A stretch of DNA of 64,000 nt, taken from an uncultured Planctomycetales bacterium (lineage in GTDB: Bacteria; Planctomycetota; Phycisphaerae; UBA1845; PWPN01). Location: contig CAZPIO010000002.1 of NCBI GenBank assembly GCA_964586235.1, forward strand, positions 7,279 through 71,278, given 5' to 3'. Below are positions 9,302 through 17,494 of the stretch, one piece after another. Below the pieces are notes generated by a model, which was not told the origin of the DNA, did not search any database, and saw only the letters and a list, made by a program, of their open reading frames with translations. Position 1 is the first letter of the stretch. The number at the start of each line of letters is the position of its first letter. The position numbers and the translations under genes are program-made.

Positions 9302-9612
9302 CTACCGCCTCGGGCTGCATGTCCCCTCCCTTGCCAGGAACGTACGATTCGTTGGCCGGCGTGGGCAAATACCTCTCGCGTTCAATCTCACTTGAACCCC
9401 CGGCTCTGAATTCACCGCGAGGCTCCAGTGAGATATCGGGTCTTCGGAAGGGTGTCTGAATATTGGGGTGCTTGGGTGCGGCGAGATCGGCGGCCCGCGG
9501 ACCTGGCCCTGCCGTCAGGTAAGGACGCCAGCAATCGGCGGCCGGAACGTCCGAGAAAACACGCGTCGACGCTGCCAGGGATAGCGCCTGCCTTTCAGGA
9601 GGCCCTTGTCGG

Positions 9613-11606
9613 TTAATCGAACTGCGCGATGGCAGCGCCGCCCTGCGGCACGCGATAGGACGCCGCGGCGTCGGGGCTCGCCTCGATGACGACGGGGGGG
9701 CCATCCTCTGTCCAATCGGGCCGATAGGACTGAACTTGCTGTTTCGCGCCGGTCGGGGTGATCCGCAGGCGCAGCGTGTCCTTGTCCGTACAGTTGAGGA
9801 GAATCACCTTGGGCACACGCCGAGGGAGCGGCACGTCTTGCGTCTCTGGGTTCCGGATGTAGACGACGGCCTCGGTTTCGCCGACGAGCATCATGTCGGG
9901 GATGCCGTAATCGGCGCCGAACAACCGGAACTCACCCCGGAGCAGCGTGGACATGTGCTGCTTATAGAAGCTCAGCCACGCCGCGGTGAGTTTGCAGTGT
10001 TCCTCGGATGCGGTCAGGTAATCGACGGACAAGGCCGGCACACCGTTACAGACCATGGTGGCCAGGAACTTGCCCACGGTGGTCGCATCGGCGTTTTTGG
10101 CCAGAACATGGGATCGTTCTTGAGCACGATGCCGTCGGCCCATGCTCGGATGTGGATGCCCGCGATTCGAAGTACCTCGAAGCTTTCGGGAGCATCGGAG
10201 GGTTGGACAACGCTGAGCGCCCGCTTGGTGTGCAGGTTCGCATGGAGGACTCGGGCCTCGGTGACGGCCTGGGGGTTGACCGAGCGGAGCCCGTCGCGGA
10301 TGGCCGCGAGGCAATCGGTGAAGGCCTGGCCCATCGGCTGGTCGAGATGCTTGTGGCCGGCCGTGCAGTGCGGGGGGACCGAGTCGGCGGCGTCGAGCCA
10401 CATGCCGTCGATGCCGTAGGTGCGGGCCACCCACGCGAAGCGTTCCTTGAGGTAAGTGCGCGTCTCGGGGTACCTGGGGCACAGGCTGTGGTTCTCTCCT
10501 TCAACGGTTTGGGCATGCCAGTCGCGGGTTTTCTCGCGATAGGCCTTGCTCTCGCGTCCCTGCCAGAACGGGGCCGACCAGAGTTCGACGCGCAGGCCCA
10601 TGTCGTGCATCTGCCTGACGGCCGCGGGCAGGTCGGGGAACCGGTCGGGCATGGCCTGGAAATCGCCGAGGATACCCTTTTTGAAGTCGCCGTAGCCGCC
10701 ATCCGGCCGACAATCCCAGCCGGCGTCGATGAGGATGGTGCCGAAGCCGAGATCCTTGCACTTTCGGGCGATCTTGAGGACGCCCTGCTGGTCGATGTGA
10801 TCGAGATAGCAGTACCAGGTGCAGAAGACCGGCTCGAGCGCCCAGGCCGGAGGCGGGGACCACTGCCGGGCGTTGAGACGGTCAAACAGGTTCGCATAGG
10901 CCCTCGTGGTGTCCCACCAGCCGCCGTCCCTGGTGCTGATGACCAGGCAATCCTCGATCCTGCTGCCGGTCATCGGTATGTCATCCTGGCGGGACAGGCG
11001 CAGTACGTAGTTCTGCCCGTCCTGGTCACCGGTCAGGGTGGTACCACGGTCCGGGACGGTCCAACCGACCGCGATCCTGTTCTCGCCCTTGCTGCCGGTC
11101 AGGAGGATGAAAGGGGCTTCGCAGTGGGCACTGCCAAGCTCCTTGAAGCCTTGCGGGATCAGGCATCGGTAGATGCGCATATCCGGCCACTTTTTCTGTT
11201 CGTGATAGTGGATCAGCGTGTGGGCGATGTGCCTGGTGCTGGGAGCGGTCACGGCGTGGAGCCCGGTCAGCGGAAGCGTCACCTTCGCCTCGTACGAGCG
11301 GAGGGTGAGTCTGTCGCCCTTCGTCGGCTGGAGGGTGAAGCGGAGGAGTCGGTATGCCCCTTCCTCAGTCGATCGCAGTGTCAGCGCGTAGCCGTCGGCA
11401 AGATAGAGGGCTTCGCCGTCGGATTTCCTGTCCAGCTTCCACTCGACCGACTTGCCGCCGAAGTCGAAGCTGAGGTCCACGCTGGGCAGGCCCTTGAACG
11501 GCAGTTCGACTGCCGCACAAGGGTCGGGCACGGCGTACAGAAAACCGATGAGTCCGAAGATCAGGAACAACCTGCCCGCCGTCACCGTCGTTCGATTGGT
11601 ACACAT
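9613..11606 (-). pseudogene. alpha-galactosidase-like glycoside hydrolase (clan GH-D/melibiase-like), interrupted by a 1-nt frameshift
   Basis: ATG at 11606 follows AGGAGG, with signal peptide LFLIFGLIGFLYAVP. ILIDAGWD and GMWLDAADS are TIM-barrel motifs. The frame breaks at the A5 run (plus-strand T5 at 10094-10098). ORF 10014..11606 becomes nonsense after MFWPK. ORF 9613..10482 becomes sensible from KNADATTVGKFLATMV. One extra A would join them. Confidence 0.7.
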
Positions 11607-11744
11607 GAACGTTTGACCTCCTCATCTCTGGTTGCTCCGGTTTGCGTCTCGCTTCACATTCGGCATCCGCCTACGTCAGGATGGAATCGACACATGATAC
11701 CTGCGAAGGGTGAGAAGCCCAACAAGCTCTTCATCGCGCGGAGG

Positions 11745-12004
11745 GACTGGAATAACCAGAGCTTTCCGGGCCGCCCCTCTTCGCGAAATCCTGTCCGCAT
11801 TCGGCCCCAATGAGGGTGGGAATCCTCGACCCGGGAGGCCCCAGAAGTGATTCTGGGGCCAGCGGCCGATCGCGGCTGGAGACCGCTCTTGCATGCAGAT
11901 CGCGGCTGGACGCCGCTTTACCGGCAGGCTAAACCTGCCGGCTCGTCAAGAATCGCGGTCGGAGACCGCTCCTACCTGAGATCGCGGCTGCAAGCCGCTC
12001 CTAC
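11745..12004 (+). repeat. mosaic hairpin-repeat array X (four-hairpin composite element, then ~25-nt hairpin units and a D hairpin)
   Basis: Collinear with 61561-61810. ggccccagaa-gtga-ttctggggcc lies at 11837-11860. Hairpin units lie at 11868-11888, 11898-11917, 11951-11975 and 11980-12004. The D hairpin ccggcagg-ctaaa-cctgccgg lies at 11921-11941. Confidence 0.85.
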
Positions 12005-13770
12005 TCGTTGTATTTGGCGGTGTAGTTGCGTTTCAGCCAGGTGATATCGTCGTCGATGGTTTTCTTTTCGGCCTGGTAGTTGTCCGGGAAAACCTCCTTT
12101 AATCTTGCCGAGAGGCGTTCGACGTGGTCGATGTAGGCCTGGGCAGCCTGTCGGGCATGGGGGGCGGCGGCGATTCGGGCGTACTGGTCGCGGACGGCGT
12201 TGAAGCCGGTGTCGCCGCGGCCGTAGATGAGCATTCCGGGGTATGCCTCGACCAAGTCTCGCAGCAGTTCGCGCTGGGGTTTCGTTTCAGCCAGATGCAG
12301 GATCGCCTGGCCGACGGACCTGGCGGGGTCGTAGTCGGCCGGGTTCCAGGCGTAGTCGGCACAGGTGAGCATGGGGATGCGGTTGATCTCGTTCTGCGAG
12401 CAGAGCGGGTTGCTCATGTAGCCGTCGATGACCTCGCACAGATCGGGGTCTCGGTCGATGACCGGCCCGAGGTGCATGGTGGGCTTGGCATCGTTGACCG
12501 GGTAGTTGTCCCAGAGGAACAGGCGGCGCTGGGCGATGCCGCGGAAAGTGTCGGCGGCCTTGCGGGTGATCCGGCCGACGACGGCGTCACCGGTCCAGAA
12601 GAGGTAGACGTCCTTGTCGAGCGTCCGGGCGAGCGTTTCGAGATACGGCTTCTGATCCTTGCCGGTTCCGTCGCCCCAGTAGTACGTGGGGCAGAAGATC
12701 ATCCGGGCCTGGGGGTTTTTGGCACGCAGGCGGCGGAGGATCTCGTTGACGACCTGGGCCTGGCCGGCGGCGTCGATGCCCTGGCTAATGTCGTCGAGCG
12801 AAATGTTGAACCACTGGACGCCGAGGCCCTGCATCCATGCGTAGTGCTGCCAGAGGGCGTCGACATCCTCAGGCTTGCCCGAGTTCACGAACCGGGTGCT
12901 GCAGAGATTCGGGTTCATGCTGAAACAGAACTGGATGCCCGCGTCCTGACAGGCCTGGGCGACCTTCTCGTAGGCTTTCTTTTTCGGCTCCGACAGTGGT
13001 TCCCACCAGCGGTTCACTTTCGGATCGCCCCAGGCATGGTTCTCGACGTCGCACATGCTGGTGTAGCAGTTCATGAGGAAATTCATCTTGTGCTTTTTGA
13101 GGACGGGGATTTCGGCGAGATATTGCTGCGGGCGCCACATCCAGCCCTTGGTGCCCCGCCACTTGAATCCCGGCTGCGTGCCCTCGGGCAGCGGTTCGGG
13201 CAACGGCCGGAGTTCATCAGGGAGCGTCACGCGGAAATCCTTGCGGAGGTCGCGGCGGATTACGTATTGCTCGGGTCCGACGACGCACTGAGCAACCTGG
13301 AACCAGGGCGGCATGCCCACCTTGCCTTCGCGGTCGCGGCATCGGATAGCCAGCGTGTTCTGGCCTGCCTTGAGCGTGCCGGTTGGGATGGCGAACTTGC
13401 GGGTCTCAAAGCGGGTCGAGGAGAACTCGTTCTGTCCTTCGAACAGCGGCTTGCCGTTGAGCTCGATCGCGATGGTGCAGCGGCTGGGGGCGTCGTCGTC
13501 GCGGGCCTTGAGGTGAAGGTACTGCGGTGCGGCCGGGACGGCGGCCAGCGAGAAACTGACCTGCATCACCGAGTGCCTGCCGGTCGGGGCGGCGTACACG
13601 TAGTTGACCTGCTCGCCATCGAAGCTGGAGCCGAACAGGTCTTTCGCCCCGCCTTCGAATTCCGAGCCCGTGAAGTGGGCCAATGCTTCGTTAGCGTGAT
13701 CCGCCGGGCGCGCGGGCGCGGCGGCGGCTAGCAGGGCCACGATCATCCAGCCGATCCTGTCGATTGTCAT
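12001..13770 (-). CDS. GH84 family beta-N-acetylglucosaminidase (O-GlcNAcase-like), secreted
   Basis: The signal peptide is followed by an N-terminal beta-sandwich-like region. FNISLDDISQG carries the DD catalytic pair and LWDNYPVND is present, both as in characterised GH84 enzymes. Confidence 0.8.
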   Translation of the reverse strand: MTIDRIGWMIVALLAAAAPARPADHANEALAHFTGSEFEGGAKDLFGSSFDGEQVNYVYAAPTGRHSVMQVSFSLAAVPAAPQYLHLKARDDDAPSRCTIAIELNGKPLFEGQNEFSSTRFETRKFAIPTGTLKAGQNTLAIRCRDREGKVGMPPWFQVAQCVVGPEQYVIRRDLRKDFRVTLPDELRPLPEPLPEGTQPGFKWRGTKGWMWRPQQYLAEIPVLKKHKMNFLMNCYTSMCDVENHAWGDPKVNRWWEPLSEPKKKAYEKVAQACQDAGIQFCFSMNPNLCSTRFVNSGKPEDVDALWQHYAWMQGLGVQWFNISLDDISQGIDAAGQAQVVNEILRRLRAKNPQARMIFCPTYYWGDGTGKDQKPYLETLARTLDKDVYLFWTGDAVVGRITRKAADTFRGIAQRRLFLWDNYPVNDAKPTMHLGPVIDRDPDLCEVIDGYMSNPLCSQNEINRIPMLTCADYAWNPADYDPARSVGQAILHLAETKPQRELLRDLVEAYPGMLIYGRGDTGFNAVRDQYARIAAAPHARQAAQAYIDHVERLSARLKEVFPDNYQAEKKTIDDDITWLKRNYTAKYNE

Positions 13771-13771
13771 C

Positions 13772-15754
13772 TCATTTCTCCTCGCTCAAGTGAGCATCCG
13801 GTTCCGGCCCCGCCGCCGATGAGGCGATGACCGCACTCGACGTCGCGGTCCGCGGTTTTTCGAGAATCCTGGTCAACAGCCACGCCCCCAGAGTCAGGCA
13901 CAGGATCGCCCCCGCCGAGAAAGTGAGCCAGTCGAGAACAAAGATCGCGTTGGTCGCGAGCACGAGACCCAGACACGCCAGGATACCCAGCACCGAGTCG
14001 AACAGCAGTCTGCCCAGGGTGGGCTCACCGGCAACCGCGGCCGCCGCTTGGTCGCGAACCGGCCCCCAGAAGCCCGGCGGCCGGCAGCGCTCGTAGAACC
14101 GCTTAAGCGTCTCTTTCGATTCGGGCGGGGTCAGGAGGGTCACTACCAGCAGAACGGCGAAGCTCATCGCAAAGAGCAGGCCCAGTCCCTGCCACATGGG
14201 CCGCTTGTCAAAGCCGAGCACGAACCAGACGACGATCGACAGCGGCAGCCCGAGCACGATCGCGGCCAGTTCGCCCCACACGTTGAACCGCCACCAGAAG
14301 AAACGAAACCAGGCCAGCGGCAGCAGGAAGATCACCATCGCCGAGTTGATGAACATGAACCAGCTCACCATGTTGTCGACGAAGAAGATGGTGACCGTGG
14401 CGGCCAGCATGAACAGCAGGAACGTGGTGATCCGGCTGGTCCAGACCTCTGTCCTGCGGTCCATCTTTGCACGATAGTCCGCTGCTTCCGAGGTGAGGTC
14501 CTCCATCGGCGAGGAGTGAGCCTCCTGCGTCTGGCCCCGCGGGTCGCGGACCAGGACCACGGGAAACCCGCGTCGGAATTCGCCTTGCCGCCGAGGCCTG
14601 GGCAGCAGGTCGTTGACCACGAAGCTGCCGCCCCAGTTGATCAGCGAACTGAGCGTGGACATGTAGGCCGCGGTCTCGGCGGCAACCAGAAGCCCGACAA
14701 GACCGAGCGGCAGTTGGCAGCGTTTGATCAACTCACCCCAGGCATGGGCGGGGTCGCCGATCAGGGTCATGCCCGCGGGGGCTGCCTGAAGTCGAGCTTG
14801 CGGATCGCTGGTCCAGAAAAGCGACATGGTGATGATGCCCAGGCCGATGAGCGGCAGGGTCCGGAACGAGAGGGCCAGGAAGGCATTGAACAACTGACCG
14901 CCGATCGCGTGACGCTCATTTCTGGCGGACATGAAGCGTTGGGCAGTCATGCCTTCGCCGGCCGTCGGCGACCCGGCAAAGAACCAGCCCTGGAGGACGA
15001 GCACGAGGACCGTGAGTCCATCGACCGCCGTGGTGGGCGGCACCTGGTGCAACCCCTCCGGCCGTGCCTGGGCCACGCGCTGGAGGATCTGCTCCCAGCC
15101 GCCGTGCTGAGGGATGGCCAGGAAGAAGAACAGCGTGCTGCCGAGGACCATGATCGCAAACTGCACGATATCCGAGTAGACCACGCCCAGGAGGCCGCCG
15201 AACATCGTGTAGAGCACGGTGATGCCGCCGAAAATCAGCAGGATCTGCAGAGTGGTCAGCGGGCAAAGGGGGGCGATGGTCTTAGCGAAGAAGCCGGTGA
15301 TGTAGCTGATGATCAGGACCGCGAAGCCGAAGCAGCAGACGAACGCGTAGATCTTGCGGGCGATGACCGCCGGCCGGCCGCCGTAGCGCAGCGAAATCAG
15401 TTCGGCGGTAGTGACGATCCGCATCCGCCGCCAGAGCCTCGCCCAGATGATGGCCACCAGCGGCATCCAGATGATCCAGCTCGCCCACCAGAGCCAGTTG
15501 CCGGCCAGTCCGAACACCAGGGCAACCATGAGAAAAGCGCCGTTGCCGGATTGATAGGTGGCGGTGTTGGACAGGCCGATGGCCCACCAGGGGACGTCGC
15601 GATTGCCGGTGAAGTAGCCTTCGGCGCCCTGCCTCGATGACCGCCGGGCGAACCAGAGCCCGACGATGAACACCAGAAGGCAGGAACCCGCCACGACCAG
15701 CCAATCCGCACGTTCCATGCCGTGTCCCTTGTCCGCAGGATGCGATCGAGTCAC
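13772..15754 (-). CDS. sodium:solute symporter (SSS) family transporter
   Basis: Polytopic membrane protein with FTGNRDVPWWAIGLSNTATYQSGNGAF near the N-terminus. Its stop codon lies 1 nt from the GH84 start. An alternative ATG is at 15718. Confidence 0.85.
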   Translation of the reverse strand: MTRSHPADKGHGMERADWLVVAGSCLLVFIVGLWFARRSSRQGAEGYFTGNRDVPWWAIGLSNTATYQSGNGAFLMVALVFGLAGNWLWWASWIIWMPLVAIIWARLWRRMRIVTTAELISLRYGGRPAVIARKIYAFVCCFGFAVLIISYITGFFAKTIAPLCPLTTLQILLIFGGITVLYTMFGGLLGVVYSDIVQFAIMVLGSTLFFFLAIPQHGGWEQILQRVAQARPEGLHQVPPTTAVDGLTVLVLVLQGWFFAGSPTAGEGMTAQRFMSARNERHAIGGQLFNAFLALSFRTLPLIGLGIITMSLFWTSDPQARLQAAPAGMTLIGDPAHAWGELIKRCQLPLGLVGLLVAAETAAYMSTLSSLINWGGSFVVNDLLPRPRRQGEFRRGFPVVLVRDPRGQTQEAHSSPMEDLTSEAADYRAKMDRRTEVWTSRITTFLLFMLAATVTIFFVDNMVSWFMFINSAMVIFLLPLAWFRFFWWRFNVWGELAAIVLGLPLSIVVWFVLGFDKRPMWQGLGLLFAMSFAVLLVVTLLTPPESKETLKRFYERCRPPGFWGPVRDQAAAAVAGEPTLGRLLFDSVLGILACLGLVLATNAIFVLDWLTFSAGAILCLTLGAWLLTRILEKPRTATSSAVIASSAAGPEPDAHLSEEK

Positions 15755-15881
15755 GAGACCTGCACGGCGGAAGCGTAGTCGGCCCGAAGGAGTCGTGCAA
15801 GGCTACGGCCGTCAAGTTGGCGGCCGTGGGAGGGAGCACAACCGGCGTTGAGGCACACCACCTGCGGGAACTGGGTGGGCG

Positions 15882-15907
15882 CACTGCTCAATAGAGCAGT
15901 GGCACAC
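15882..15907 (+). repeat. third copy of the CACTGCTC-N4-GAGCAGTG-GCACAC palindromic motif
   Basis: cactgctc-aata-gagcagtg-gcacac sits in the divergent spacer between the SSS gene and the APC permease gene. Confidence 0.75.
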
Positions 15908-16047
15908 AGAAGGGGCCTCCCTGCGAGCGAGAGACGCGCCCGCTCCTGTGCTCTTGCTCCAAGCCGCCTGAGCGAGAATACTTACTGGCCTCGGGCCAGA
16001 GGACGCGCCGGCCGTCGCCGGTCCTGAACGGAGGCGCTGCAGAATCG

Positions 16048-17412
16048 ATGGAAGAGCAGAGCGGCATGCTGCACCGCGGATTCGGGCTGTCGACCGCCAC
16101 TTACGTGGTGATCGCCAGCATGGTCGGCGTCGGCATCCTGACCACCTCCGGCTACATCATCAAGGACACCGGCAGCGGGACGGCGATGCTGGTGCTCTGG
16201 CTGGTGGGAGGGGTGCTGGCGCTGTGCGGAGCGCTCACGGTTGCGGAACTGGCCGCGGCCATGCCTCATGCGGGCGGTGAGTATGTATTCATCCGTGAGG
16301 CGTACGGGCGGGTGTGGGCGTTTCTCTACGGCTGGGTCTCGCTGGTGATCGGCTTTTCGGCGCCGGCGGCCATTATCGCTCACGCCGCGGCAAGATACCT
16401 GGTTGTGCCGTGGCTCCCGGTTGAGGACCCGATCACGACGGTCGTGATCCCGTTGCTGGCTGTGCTGTTCGTCATCGTCCTGACGGCGAGTCATCTGCGC
16501 GGCCAGGTTCCAGGTTCGCGGGTGCAGAACGGCAGCACGATCCTGAAGATCGTGATACTGCTCATCATCGTGGTCGGCGGTTTTGCTTCGTCCGGCGGGT
16601 CGTTCTCGCACCTGACTCCCGACCTCCCGGAGTCGAGCACACCCTGGGGAGCGCTGGCGATTTCACTGGTTTTTGTCATGTACTCATACAGCGGGTGGAA
16701 CGCCGCGACGTACATCGCCGGCGAAGTCAGGCAGCCGAATCGCACTCTTCCGCGGGCGATGCTGCTGGGTTGCGGATCCGTGGTGATTCTTTACCTCGCG
16801 CTCAACGCGGTTTACCTGTACGCCCTGCCGATCGGTGAAGTGTCGGCAATGCCGAGCGAGCAGGTCGAGCCGATCGCGGCCTTGGCCGCCCAACGCCTGT
16901 TCGGGCCCTGGGTAGCAGCGCCGCTTTCGGTCGGGCTGGGGCTGGGACTGCTGGCGACGCTGTCCGCTTACATTCTGATCGGTCCCCGCGTCTACTACGC
17001 CATGGCCCGCGACGGACTGTTTCCCTCTGCGGCCGGGCGGGTGAACCCGCGGACCGGAGCCCTGACCACCGCGACGCTGATTCAGACGGTCTGCACCCTG
17101 GTGCTGCTGCTCTCGAGCACGTTGAGAGAGATCCTGACTTACGTGGGAGTCGGGCTGTCGGTCTCATCGTTTTTTGTGATCCTGGCGGTGTTTGTGTTGC
17201 GGGTCCGGCGGCCGGAGATGGTCCGGCCGTTCAGAACGCCAGGGTATCCGGTCGTCCCGCTGGTGTTCCTTGCATGTGTTGCCTGGATGATCGTTTTCGC
17301 GTTCGTGAGGGAGCCGGTCTGGTCCGCGATCAGCATCGGGATCATCCTCCTCGGCATTCCGGTCTATTACGCCTGGCAGGCATGGGCGAAGACACGAGTC
17401 GCAGGGGAATGA
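16048..17412 (+). CDS. APC-superfamily amino acid permease
   Basis: About 12 hydrophobic segments. The N-terminal STATYVVIASMVGVGILTTSG and the YSYSGWNAATYIAGE motif are typical of APC transporters. Confidence 0.88.
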   Translation: MEEQSGMLHRGFGLSTATYVVIASMVGVGILTTSGYIIKDTGSGTAMLVLWLVGGVLALCGALTVAELAAAMPHAGGEYVFIREAYGRVWAFLYGWVSLVIGFSAPAAIIAHAAARYLVVPWLPVEDPITTVVIPLLAVLFVIVLTASHLRGQVPGSRVQNGSTILKIVILLIIVVGGFASSGGSFSHLTPDLPESSTPWGALAISLVFVMYSYSGWNAATYIAGEVRQPNRTLPRAMLLGCGSVVILYLALNAVYLYALPIGEVSAMPSEQVEPIAALAAQRLFGPWVAAPLSVGLGLGLLATLSAYILIGPRVYYAMARDGLFPSAAGRVNPRTGALTTATLIQTVCTLVLLLSSTLREILTYVGVGLSVSSFFVILAVFVLRVRRPEMVRPFRTPGYPVVPLVFLACVAWMIVFAFVREPVWSAISIGIILLGIPVYYAWQAWAKTRVAGE

Positions 17413-17494
17413 AGGCGGAGAGCATGGCGGCGGCCCGATTTCGTCGAGGCTTGGCCATGCCACTCCCGTTCTCAGGCCACCTCTCGCATTCTCC

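Noticed and set aside
11866-12004. Regularly spaced ~25-nt repeats considered as a possible CRISPR array
   Set aside because: The repeats are imperfect and the spacers are only 3-10 nt. The units are interrupted by other repeat modules, and the same units recur at 61722-61810 in a different order. No cas genes are present. This is REP/BIME-like, not CRISPR.
10008-15640. Plus-strand ORFs of 601, 535 and 530 aa (10008..11813, 12124..13731, 14048..15640)
   Set aside because: Each is antisense to a motif-supported minus-strand gene (the GH-D-like gene, GH84 and the SSS transporter). Each encodes a low-complexity Arg/Gly/Pro/Asp-rich sequence.
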